Assembly: GCF_030028105.1 (NCBI RefSeq)
Contig: NC_092378.1
Span: 109,481,731 to 109,545,730, forward strand
Length of the DNA: 64,000 bases
Direction: 5' to 3'
Source of the DNA: Mobula birostris
Lineage: Eukaryota
Shown: in pieces, positions 40,395 to 52,099 of the stretch
Numbering within the stretch: position 1 is the stretch's first letter
Layout: each line of letters opens with the position of its first letter
Notes under the pieces: model-generated
Databases searched by the model: none
Told to the model about the DNA's origin: nothing
What the model saw: the letters and a program-made list of their open reading frames with translations, nothing else
Program-made: the position numbers and the translations under genes

Positions 40395-40566
40395 GTAAGT
40401 GACATTGACTTGAGGTTTTCAAGTCTCGTTAAGAATTCTCATTTTTTTTTACCACGGTCTATTCATTTGAAATTTCTGACCTCTGATTTCATGAACTTTA
40501 ACCTCTCTACTTATTTTCATATTTTCTTGCATGTTTGCACTATTGTTCTTTTTGAATATTAACTAT

Positions 40567-40964
40567 TGTCCTGTACCTTTCGCTAGGTCTTATGTCAGAG
40601 AACCAAAAAAAAATACAGTGGATCTGTTCAAAGACATGTTTATTACTTGCAAGGAGAAACACCTTCACTCCTCATAAATGACAGGCTGTTTCTGATTTAT
40701 AGCGTACAAAGTTTGTTTATATTACAAGTTTTCTGGCCTTTGGCTATTATCTGCTCTGGAGGTCAACTCCTCCACTGTAGTACTCGAGGTCAGTAATATA
40801 TCAATCTCCCCTTAGTTACACAATGAACAACGATCAAGATATTGTATGCCTTTTGCCACACACTTAGCTCATAGCAACATACTCTGGGGTTATACAGGTT
40901 CCATTTTGTTACAGTACAAACTTAAGTAGAACAAAAATCTCAAAGTTCCAAATATATTTCCACA
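40567..40964 (-). mobile_element. Solo LTR (398 bp), ERV/Gypsy-like, antisense in CDIP1 intron
   Basis: TG...CA termini, TSD CTAT (40563-40566, 40965-40968); minus-strand TATAAA (40696-40701) followed by AATAAA (40639-40644) in U3-R-U5 order. Confidence 0.65.
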
Positions 40965-41442
40965 CTATTCTGCAACTTTTATTTCTTTTGTGTTATTTTG
41001 CCTAATCTTATCTTGCTCTTTTCTTTCCATCTTGGCTTGCCTAACTCGTGTTCTGATATCCTCCTGACTACTCTGCCGTTAGACAAATTATTTTCCCTTC
41101 AGTAATCTTCAAGTACTCACCAACATGACTAAGCTATGTTATTATTCTGCAGATATAACTCTGTCCATGTAGGAATAAGAGAATCCTGCATACAATTAGG
41201 AAATTAATATAATGGAATTCCTCTGTCCACCTAGAGGCAGTCATAGAGCTCCTGGATCAATTTTGTGATTTCTTATGCCACCCAGATTTGCAAAGTGTTT
41301 TTTATCCCCGTAACTAATATTGTTTAAGTAATGGAGCAATTTCTCTTTGAAAGAACGAACACTGAACAATGGTGTCCTGTGTTGTAAGATTAACATTAAT
41401 CTTTCACTGATTTTGAGTATCAGCATTCTCCAGTTGTGGCAG

Positions 41443-43631
41443 TCACAACACGCCGGAGGAACTCAGCAGGTCGGGGCAGCATCCGTGGAAACGATCAGTC
41501 AACGTTTCGGGCCGGAACCCTTCGTCAGGACTGAAGAGGGAAGGGGCAGAGGCCCTATAAAGAAGGTGGGGGGAAGGTGGGAAGGAGAAGGTTGGTAGGT
41601 TCCAGGTGAAAAACCAGTAAGGGGAAAGATCAAGGGGTGGGGGAGGGGAGGCAGGGAGGTGATAGGCAGGAAAGGTGAAGAAAGAATAGGGGAAAACACA
41701 ATGGGTAGTAGGAGGAGGTGGAACCATGAGGGAGGTGATAGGCAGCTAGGGGAGGGGGCAGAGTGAAATAGGGATAGGGGAAGAGAGTGGGAGGGAATTA
41801 CCGGTAGTTGGAGAATTCTGTGTTCATACCAAGGGGCTGGAGACTACCTAGGCGGTATATGAGGTGTTGCTCCTCCAACCTGAGTTTAGCCTCAGCATGG
41901 CAGTAGAGGAGGTCATGTATGGACATATTCGAATAGGAATGGGAAGCAGAGTTGAAGTAGGTGGCAACCGGGAGATCCTGTCTGTTGTGGCGGACAGATC
42001 GGAGGTGCTCGACGAAGCGGTCCCCCAATCTGCATTGGGTTTCACCGATGTAGAGGAGGCCGCACCGGATGCAATAGATATGCACACTCGCATGGATCTC
42101 AGCTATGCCTGCCTATTTGTTGGTTATGTGGAACAGTCTGTGCTCCAAACCTATTCTGGTACTGCTCCCCAACTTTTCCTTTGCTACATTGATGACTACA
42201 TTGGTGCTGTTTCCTGCACCCATGCTGAGCTCATCAATTTCATCGACTTTACTTCAAACTTCCACCCAGCCCTCAAGTTCACTTGGTCTATCTCGGATGC
42301 TTCTTCCCCCTTCTTGATCTCTCGGTCTCCATCTCTGGAGACAGACTGTCCACTGACATCTTCTACAAGCCTACTGACTCTCATAACTACCTCGACTATA
42401 CCTCTTCCCACCCCACCACAGGCAAAAATGCCATTCCCTATTCCCAGTTCCTCTGTCTCCGCTGCATCTGCTCCCAGGATGAGGCTTTCCGTTCCAGGAC
42501 ATCTCAAATGTCCTCTTTCTTTAAGGATCGTGGTTTCCCTTCTGTCGTCATCAATGATGCCCTCACCGGCATCTTCTCCATTTCCCGCACTTCAGCCCTC
42601 ACCCCATCCTCCTGCCACCACACCAGGGACAGAGTTCCCCTTGTCCTCATCTACCACCCCACCAGCCTCTGGATCCAGCACATTATCCTCAGCAACTTCC
42701 GCCACCTTCAACAGGACCCCACCACTAAGCACATCTTTCCCTCTCCACCCCTCTCCGCTTTCCGCAGGGATCGGTCCCTCCGCGACTCCCTGATCCACAC
42801 GTCCCTCCCCACGGATCACCCACCCGGCACTTATCCCTTTAAGCGTAAGTGCTACACCTGTCCCCACACCTCCTCCCTTGCCATCATTCAGGGCCCCAAA
42901 CAGTCCTTTCAGGTGAGGCAACACTTCACTTGTGAGTCTGTTGGGGTCATCTATTGCATCCGGTACTCCCGGTGCGGCGGCCTCTACATCGAGGAAACCC
43001 GATGCAGATTGGGAGACCGCTTCATCGAACACCTCCGCTCCGTCCGCCAAAACAGACAGGATCTCCCAGTAGCCACCCACTTCAACTCTGCTTCCCACTC
43101 CCATTCAGATATGTCCATACATGGCCTCCTCTACTGCCATGATGAGGCTAAACTCAGGTTGGAGGAGCAACACCTCATATACCGTCTAGGTCGTCTCCAG
43201 CCCCTTGGTATGAACATAGAATTCTCCAACTTCCAGTAATTCCCTCCCACTCCCTTCCCCTATCCCTATTTCATTCTGCCCCCTCCCCCAGCTGCCTATC
43301 ACCTCCCTCATGGTTCCGCCTCCTTCCACTACCCATTGTGTTTTCCCCTATTCCTTCTTCACCTTTCATGCCTATCACCTCCCTGCTTCCCCTCCCCCAC
43401 CCCTTGATCTTTCCCCTTACTGGTTTTTCACCTGGAACCTACCAGCCTTCTCCTTCCCACCCTCCCTCCACCTTCTTTATAGGGCCTCTGCCCCTTCCCT
43501 CTTCAGAACTGACGAAGGATTCCGGCCCGAAATGTTGACTGATCGTTTCCACGGATGCTGCCCGACCTACTGAGTTCCTCCAGCGTGTTGAGTGTTGCTT
43601 TGACCTCAGCATCTGCAGAGTATTTTGTGTT
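41443..43631 (+). mobile_element. Penelope-like element (RT C-terminus + GIY-YIG endonuclease) with an inverted 5' copy of its 3' end
   Basis: RT motif YIDD, DIFYKPTDSHNYL, and VIYCI..LYIEE/GET GIY-YIG motif; left arm 41443-42079 is the reverse complement of about 42949-43592; 14-bp TSD TCCAGTTGTGGCAG at 41429-41442 and 43632-43645. Confidence 0.92.
41495..41534 (-). ncRNA. Minimal type-I hammerhead ribozyme motif (core intact, GUU site)
   Basis: Minus strand TCAGTC-CTGACGA-AGGGTTCCGGCCC-GAAAC-GTT-GACTGA; AACGTT palindrome. Confidence 0.72.
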
Positions 43632-44301
43632 TCCAGTTGTGGCAGGCCTTCCTTTCTCTATACTCCAGAGTGGTTTCTTTCAGAATCTTACCAAAATGCT
43701 ATGATAGAAATGCATGCCAGAATGTGACCTACTGTTTAAACTGGATCTTTGGTTTTACCATGTAGTATTTAGGTATTTGAAAAAATATGTGCAATTCTGG
43801 AGCTTATAGGAAGATTATTTTGCAATGTCTTAAAATTTTGGTTTTACTGTTTAACACACCTATAGATCCTCATTTAGTTGCATTAGTTGGCAGTGATGAT
43901 TTCACGATAACATGGTACATATCATAACCTGACTATGTCATAATCTACAGCAAGTTTCACAGAAGCGTCCTTTGTAATTTGAAAGATTGCCTTGGTTCAG
44001 TAAAATTACTGTTTTTTTGGCAGGGATGAAGTAAGGAGAAATGAGTCCAAAGCACCTTCAATAAGTGTGTTCTGATTTGTACTTGTGACTTTGCCTAGAG
44101 AATAACTAAATAAAATTCTATAATTTTATAAGAATGGATTTCTTTGGCTGAGGCATTTAAGTGTAAATTCTAATAAGGGTATGAGCATAATTGATGACAC
44201 CTGTTTATTTGATACCACTATATAATGTGTATTAGAAAATCATTGTCATTTGATATATGGTTGCAGAAAGCTTTCATATCTTTCTTTTTCTTTTGATTCA
44301 G

Positions 44302-44413
44302 GTGTGATTTGGGCTGCTGCTTAATCCCATGTTTGATAGATGACCTGAAGGATGTGATGCATACTTGTCCAAACTGTAAAGCTTATATATATACATACAA
44401 GCGTGTGTGTTAA
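44302..44413 (+). CDS. CDIP1: CDIP1 last coding exon ([36 protein letters not shown])
   Basis: TTTTGATTCAG| acceptor, HxCxxC of the LITAF domain, TAA at 44411-44413; total CDS 639 nt = 212 aa. Confidence 0.97.
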
Positions 44414-46860
44414 CGCCAATTCTGGCTCTGTTCAAACCTTAAAAAGATAAACTTAACATTAACTTTTTGTTTCTATTTACACACATGATGCAGCATTGTC
44501 TTGTGCTGTCCAACAAACTGTGAATGCCTTATCTGCAGAGTATATGATTAAGATGAAGATTTATTAATGTATTAATATAGTATCAGTAGAAAGGTTTTTG
44601 TCCAAATTTAAATCAGAAAACAATATTTCATTGCACTTCAACTTATGAAATTCCCAGTAAAGGAAACCCTATGGCTAGCACCTTTTTATGATATTCAGTT
44701 TAAAATTTTGAGCAAGTTGAATATTGATGTGGATTATTGTGCTAAATAGTGTTTGAGAATTAAAAGTGACTATCTAACTTAGGGTATCTTTCAACAGTCA
44801 GCCTTTTGTCCCAAAATATTGCCCACTGCTGCAATATTTTTGTGATGTTTATATTCAACATGTACAGTTTAATATAATGTGCTCTATAGAAAATACACGT
44901 TAAAATGCACACTTTAAACCCCAGGGAAAAATGTTTTGTCATCTGACACAGGTTGCTGCTTAATGGGAGCACATGCATGGAAGTGTTTTGTAATATGATG
45001 TGCATTCATGTCATTTAAATACTTGCAATCAGTGTTTTTTTTTTCCAAATCTTTCCTGATACAGACCTATCAAGTCTGAATTTCTAAACAGTTGGTAGTT
45101 GCTGGGAAAGATACCAAGCTTAAAATGAAGGCCAACTTAAGAAAAACATTATTTATTTTGAAGAGATTAAATGTTTTTAAAGAGCTGTACTATGGTTTTG
45201 AAAGTATTTTATTGTTGCTGTTCTAGTTTAGTTTAAAATGAAAAGGTTCTGAGCCATGAAAGGTGTGTTATTGTGATTATAGTGCACTTGCGTCAATCAA
45301 AATCATTTTAATGGAACTTGAATAGAGGATATTTTTTTAAAAAAATAACATCACCTGTAAGCTTTCAGTCTAAATGTGTAGCTTAGATTTTGTGGATCCA
45401 AAGAATCTTTTTTTTCCAGATTTGAGGAATATTGTCTGTTAAGGATGACTATCAGGATCTTCATGAATGTTCTTTATAGTAGTGTTTGGAAATACTGTAC
45501 AGTGCAGAAATCTTTGACATGTTCAGAATATAAATGTAGTAAAATATCTACACATGCAGCTTGCAAGTATTGCCTTTGCTAAGACTTTGCTGCATATGTA
45601 AATTTGCACTTTTATTTATTGTCTCTATTATGCATCATGAACTTACAAGAAGTATTAAATGTTTTTCTGCTTTAAAAATAGGTTACTGGAATACAAATGT
45701 AATAGAAGAATGCATTAATTTTTCAGAGTGCACAAGGAGGATTATGCATGTGGTTGACTTTATCCTACCTAATATGCTGTGGCTTAATGCATCCACTGTA
45801 ACCACCTTTTGGGTTAAAACAAACTACTTGATGAGATGCTACAGTTGTTGCTAGTTGGAAAGCATTAAGCACTTCTAAATAAATATATTACCAATATCTC
45901 AAATTTTTTATTCATTGAGTGTTTCTGATGTCATCACAATTGTTAGCAATGTCAAAATATTGAGCAAATTTACTTAGATTTAAGTCCCTGTCAGTTCATG
46001 AGTAAATCATTGGAAGGATATATCAGTAGGTCATTTGCACATAGATCACATGTTTATATCACTTTAATTTACATTATATGTTGCATGCAGGATCACTTGT
46101 AAAATGAAGATCAAGATTGAAACAATTCCCTTTTTCAAAATTACAGCCAGTTCTAAGTATGGATTGTTTGATTTTTAATGTTATTCATCAATAACTCATG
46201 CATATTTACACCAATATTTAATAATTCTGTTATATAGGAGTAAGCAGATCTTTCCAACTATGATGAAGCTGCAGGTACAGGATTAATATCTGATGCAGTA
46301 TTTTAATTTGCTGATCTGACAGTTTAAATGAGTTTCACAAGTAGGTTCCCTGTGTGATTGTTAAGTATTGGATTCTTTTTGAAAGAAGGCCTATTTAAAA
46401 ACATATCACGTAATCGCAAGAGGACCTTCTAAGGGCTTCTCTGTCAGAAAAGTTTGAAAATTCCATTTTAAATTAGTCTTGACTGATTTAATTACTTTTT
46501 GTACAAGTCAGCAATATAAAGCCACAACTCCAAAGCATGGGGTAGACAATAGAAATGAAGGATAAATTTTCTTTAAATGCTGTTGTTTGTTTTGCATACC
46601 GGTGAATAATTTACTTCATGTCCTTTTCTTTTGAAACGAGTAGTACTTAATCTGTCTGGTGTGTAAATCTTCTAATACATTTTGATATTTTTGTTAATTT
46701 AAGAGGCTATGTATATTATGCAAAGCTTTTTGTTAGATTATGCCTTGCAATGTCTATTTTTTCTGTAACATTGGGTACAAATTAAAATATGTATATTCAT
46801 GTATTATGTATAAGTATTTACACCTTGGAAGCTAATAAATGCTGATAGCACTATTCTGTT
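44414..46860 (+). other. CDIP1: CDIP1 3'UTR with candidate poly(A) signals
   Basis: About 2.4 kb AT-rich stretch with no recognisable TE; AATAAA at 45878-45883 and 46834-46839, the latter preceded by several TGTA motifs and followed by T/GT-rich sequence. Confidence 0.6.
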
Positions 46861-48699
46861 TTGATCTTAATCTTATCAAAACACTAGAATTACGAATTAC
46901 AAATTCCAAAATGAACACTCTTGTTTTCTCACAATTTACATATTGTTGCTGGACCTAAAGTGCTAGAATTTTATTCCATGAAGATGATCAGATCATTAAT
47001 TTGAAGATTCAAACATTATTGAACAGATTTCATTTTTGCATGTCCCATTAGTTGACCTTATCCTTAAGTTATAAAATATACAAAATTGCTATGGCAATAA
47101 TTTCTCTTTTGTAGTGAATTGCATCAAAAGTGTATTAACTTGATAAGAAATAACAATTACAAAAGTGGAGAGAGCGGAAACTAATTCTGCAGTTTGTAGA
47201 AGTACATCAGACCTTTTGAATTTATTATTATGGGAGCTCAGTGATATTAGGTTGGCCATCATAACCATAGGAAGGCCTGTATAAACTGAACTAAGGAATA
47301 AAGTGGGGCAAAGTATGTACTAAACCCCCAAAGCAATCAGGAGTAGATGGAACAAATTATATATTGGTATATTTGCAAAGTGCAAAAAAAAAGCCTCCAA
47401 TTAGCAACAGTTTGTGAATCAATTATATAAGGTGAGTATTTGTTAAATTCATTTGAAGGAAGCATTAATTTGTATACAGCAAGTTTGGTTCTGGGAAATG
47501 AACTTGACCCTTCATCAGTCTTGGCCCGAAATGTCGACTGTATTTTTTTGCATAGATGCTGCTTGACCTACTGAGTTCCTCCAGCATTTTGTGTGTGTAG
47601 CTGACAACCAATGATATTTTGAAGTTAGTAAAGCAATTGTCCCTTAGTTGTTTGGTGTATTTCACATCCTTCCATATTTTTCTAATCTGTCTCTGGTACC
47701 CACTACTGTGTAAAGGGAAGCTATATTCTAGGTTGTGCAACACATTGTCATGAGGGCCAGGGGAAACACCTCTGGCCACTTTAGCTTGATCTTGTCAAGC
47801 AATTTAGCTAAACCTGCATTTCAGGGCCCCACTTTGTCTTTCAGCTGCCTGGTATGATTGAGAGTGGCAAGGGCAGGTGAAATGATGCTTACACTACAAG
47901 GCTTTCATTAACATGTAACTTTACCTGTAAAGTGAGTACTGCTATCACTTGAGATTTTTTTCAGGAATCCCAAACCAAGGAATAAATTCTCATAATAAAA
48001 ATTAGCAACAGTCCCAGCATCATTTCTGAGTTGGATAAGCTTTTAGCCATGGAGATAACAACGAAGTAACAAGTACATAATCACAATCGGTACATTTGGG
48101 TAACTGCATAAATTCATTTAGAGGTGCACAAATGAACCCTGGGGCAGATACCAGCAGAGTCTTTCAGGATTATGTCTGGCAAATCATACAGTTGCTGCTA
48201 CTTTTCTTGTTATGGTTGTGAACTTCACTTTCAATTATACCCACCATCCTTTATAGTCTTGTATGTAGTGTGCTTCAGTCCACAAAGTCTTTTCAGCCTC
48301 TGACGTGTCATGCTGTAATTTTACTAGTTCATCAAAAAATTTGCTAAGTATTAGCAGCCTGATCATACTGGAGTGCTTATGTAGACATAAAGATCTGCTG
48401 TTGCAAGGAGTCTGCTCATTTGTTCCCTCTAGTTATTTCCTCCTTCCTGTTAGTATGAACCATCAAGTTTATAACAATTGTAGTAAGTAATTGAAAAGTA
48501 AGAAAAGCTTCACAGTTAGTTCACCTTATTTTATCAGAGTTCCAAAGAGGCAAGAAACCCTTTTCAAAAATGTCATAATTGTCCAGTGTCATGTGCTACT
48601 CCCACAGCATAAGAAGATTCAGTGTAAATGTTTACACTGGCGCCAGCTGCAAGGATGCAGGATTTTAAGTTAAAAAAAAATTCAGCTGCTATATGATGT

Positions 48700-49620
48700 G
48701 CACAAACCATGAGATTTGCAATCTGCTGAAGGCCAGATCAATGGCATTTAAATCTGGTGACTTAGAAAGTTACAAGAGGTCTAGGTATCATCACTGGAAA
48801 GCCATCTCATAGATGAAATGGCAATTCTGGACTAAGCTTGAATCAAAGAACGATGCTCAACAGTTTTGGCAGGGCTTGAATGCCACCACCTCTTATAAAG
48901 TTAAATCAAGTGACATGGGTGACAACAGGGCTTTGCATCCAGATGGGCTCAGTGCCTGCTATGTTCGCTTTGACCGTCAAAACATGGGGGAAACATCATG
49001 AACTCCCACTGCCCCAGATGATACTGTCATTTCAGTCCCTAAAACCAAAGTGCAAGCAGCGTTCAGGAGGGTGAACCCTGAAAAACATCTGGCCCAGACG
49101 GGGTACCTTGTCAATTGCTAAAGACCCCTGTGCTGATCAACTGGCTGGAGTGTTCACTGAGATCTTCGGCACTCTGAGGAACCCACCTGCTTGAAGAAGC
49201 ATCAATTATACTGGTGCCTAAGAAGAATGCGGTAACCTGCCTTAATGACTATTGTCCAGTAGCAGATACATCTACAATGATGAAGTGTTTCGAGAGGTTG
49301 GTGATGAAACATATCAACTCTTGTCTGAGAAACAACTTAGATCCACTCCAGTTTCTCTACTGGCATAGTAGATGCCATCTCATTGACTTTTCACTCAACC
49401 CTGGAATATCTAGACAGCAAAGGTGCATACATCAGGATGCTCTTTATTGACTACAGCTCTGTATTAAATACCATCACCCCTCCAACTAATCAATAAGGTC
49501 CAAGACATTGGCCTCAATACCTCCTTGTGCAGTGGATCCTCAATTTCCTCACTGACCCCATTTTGTTCATATTGGCATCAACATATCCACAATCTCCATC
49601 AGCACAGGTGCACCGCAAGC
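48700..49620 (+). mobile_element. Rex1/Babar-type LINE remnant
   Basis: PKK..VTCLNDY.PVA.TS..MKCFERLV..HI motif. Confidence 0.75.
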
Positions 49621-50689
49621 TAACAGATAGATAGGCAGACAGACTGATAGATACTTTATTGATCCCAAAGGAAATTACAGTGTCACAGTAGCATTATAAG
49701 TGCACAGATATATAAACAATAGATGAGAAGTAAGAAATAATAAAAAGTTACCTTAAAAATAAGATTTACAAGTTGAAGATGACAAGATTTACAAGATATA
49801 CAAGTTCACACTAAGATGGTAGTTCAAGAATTTACCGAAATATTAGACAGTAATTGGTGCACATTCACACCATCCAGATAAGAAGTGATGGCCGTATTGC
49901 ACGGGGTGTCTGCGACAGCAGGGTGTGGTATCTATCAATCTATCTGTGCAGGATCCAACCTAGATCATGTTAATCTCATGCAAGATACAATCCAGATCAT
50001 GACAACCTAGCATGGTACACAACTGGGACCACGACGACCTCACGCAGGACACAACCTGGAAACAGCAACCTTTCTTTTTAACACTGCAGCTTTCCAATCT
50101 CAGCAACTAAGGTGTTGGTGTACCTTGATTACTCCACGTGGGAGGAAGTTCGCATTCCAGCAGCAGACTCAGTCCTTTGCTCAAATATGAGCAACCTGAT
50201 CGGCTACCAGGCTGAATTCCTTTCTCCCATATAATAAATAAAGGTTTAGCCATGTTGGTGGAGCTATCATTGTCAATAATAAAATAAAATAATTAAGATA
50301 ACTGGGTCCAGAACCCATGCCCTCTTATAACTCAAACATATTTATAATGCACTTGTGTACAAGGAGAAGGGCATGGTTCCAGTCACCCACACTGTTCTGA
50401 GAACTACTATTTTTATGCAGAATTGACTTGTCAGTTATGGATATTGATTGTTTGCTAAATTTTATATGTTCATATTCCTTACTTGCCATTTAAAGTAGAC
50501 GTGCTAAAAGTCAGTATAAACTTCAAGGTGACTATCGCTATTTGAAGTTAATAAAGCAATTGTCCCTTAATAGTTGGGTGTTCGTTATTCATATCTCATC
50601 TGTCTCTGGCACCCCTACCTAGAAAGGGAAGCTATGTTCTCTCAGTTGATACCACACTGCCAGTCATTCTCACCTATCTGTCTACAGTA

Positions 50690-51500
50690 AGCAGGCAGTC
50701 TCATTTCAAAGGTCTCCCAAGTTTGGATATGATTACACCCTGCCGCAGTCATCCTCACCTGGATGTTGTCTTTAAACTTTGTCTTACTGCAACTTCCACA
50801 CTGGCGCTGTCATACCTTCTTTGTAATGGCACTTACATGCTGGTCTCAGGATAATCTTCAGATATGATAATGCCAAGGAATTCAGAGTTTCTGACCTTGT
50901 CACCTCCGATCCCCTAATGAGGACTGGCTCATAGAACTCTGGTTTCTTCCTCCTATAGTCAATAATCAGCTCTTTGAATCAGAGGTTAATGTGACACTCC
51001 AGATTTTCAGTCTCCCTCGTATATGTTGATTCATCACCATCATTGATTAAGCCAACACCAGTGGTGTCATCAGTAACTTAAATATGGCATAGGAGCCATA
51101 TTTATCTTGAGTCATAAGTGTAAAGGAAGTAGAGCAGGGATCTAAGCATATGCTTCGTGGTGCACCTGTGCTGATGCTGATTGTGGAACAGTTGTTGCCA
51201 ATTGTACTGACTACAGTCTGCAAATGAGGAAATTAAGGATCCAGTTGCACAAAAATCTATTGAGGCCTGGGTCTTGAGGCTCAGTGATTAGTTTTGAGGG
51301 GATGATAGCGTTGAATGCTGAGCTGTTGTTAATGAAGAGTATCCTAATGTATGCATCATCATTGTCCAGATGTTCCAGAGCGGAGTGATGAGCCAATGAA
51401 ATGGGATCTGCCGTTGACCTGTTGTGACAGTAGGCATATTAAAGTGGATCCAATTCACTCCTCAGGCAATTGTTGATATGCTTCATGACCAACCTCTCAA
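50690..51500 (-). mobile_element. Rex1/Babar-type LINE remnant
   Basis: ALEHLD..YIRILFI..SSAFN.IIP motif. Confidence 0.7.
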
Positions 51501-51917
51501 AGAAAACACTTTGTCAACATGGATATAATTTCTACTGAATGACAGGCATTAAGGCAGTATTCCAGGTATGTGGGATTAGTAATCTTGAATTTGGTATAGT
51601 TTTTGTCTCATTGAAGGAGAATTTGCTTGTGGAACAAGTTCACAGAACCTTTGCAAGGTTGAAGCCCAAGCTGATAAGGCGGAGTAAATTGGGTTATATC
51701 ATTGTGAACTTGAAGGATCATGTATTTTACCTGATCAGATAATTTAATTTTAAGGCATATAATTGAATCAGGATTTTGGCATGCACTCCTATCAAGTCCT
51801 GAAGGTACAGGAACAACTGTGGATCAAGCATTTGATCCACAACAAATGTAGACCTCACTCATGTTAGGGTCAACTTCTCCATCAAGTTTCTGAACAATCC
51901 ATGAATACTATCTCATT

Positions 51918-52015
51918 GGCAGTCCTGACGAAGGGTCTCGGCCTGAAACGTCGACTGCACCTCTTCCCAGAGATGCTGCCTGGCCTGCTGCGTTCACCAG
52001 CAACTTTTATGTGTG
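51918..52015 (+). mobile_element. 98-nt Penelope-derived insertion consisting of hammerhead plus short tail
   Basis: 13-bp TSD ATACTATCTCATT at 51905-51917 and 52016-52028. Confidence 0.85.
51919..51958 (+). ncRNA. Minimal type-I hammerhead ribozyme motif (core intact)
   Basis: GCAGTC-CTGACGA-AGG(GTCTCGG)CCT-GAAAC-GTC-GACTGC: 6-bp stem I, CUGANGA and GAAA core, GUC cleavage triplet, ACGT palindrome in place of a stable stem III. Confidence 0.8.
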
Positions 52016-52099
52016 ATACTATCTCATTATTTGTTTTGCAACTCACAGTAATCATTATGCCTTGCACTGTCCTGCTGCTGCAAAATAAATTTCACGACA

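Noticed and set aside
41864-42793. 309-aa ORF that looks like a novel gene
   Set aside because: Chimera of antisense PLE arm, a short in-frame RT stretch (YIDD) and an off-frame serine/proline-rich tail after a frameshift.
42283-43239. Possible active Penelope ORF
   Set aside because: 5'-truncated and frameshifted near 42300; lacks most of the RT.
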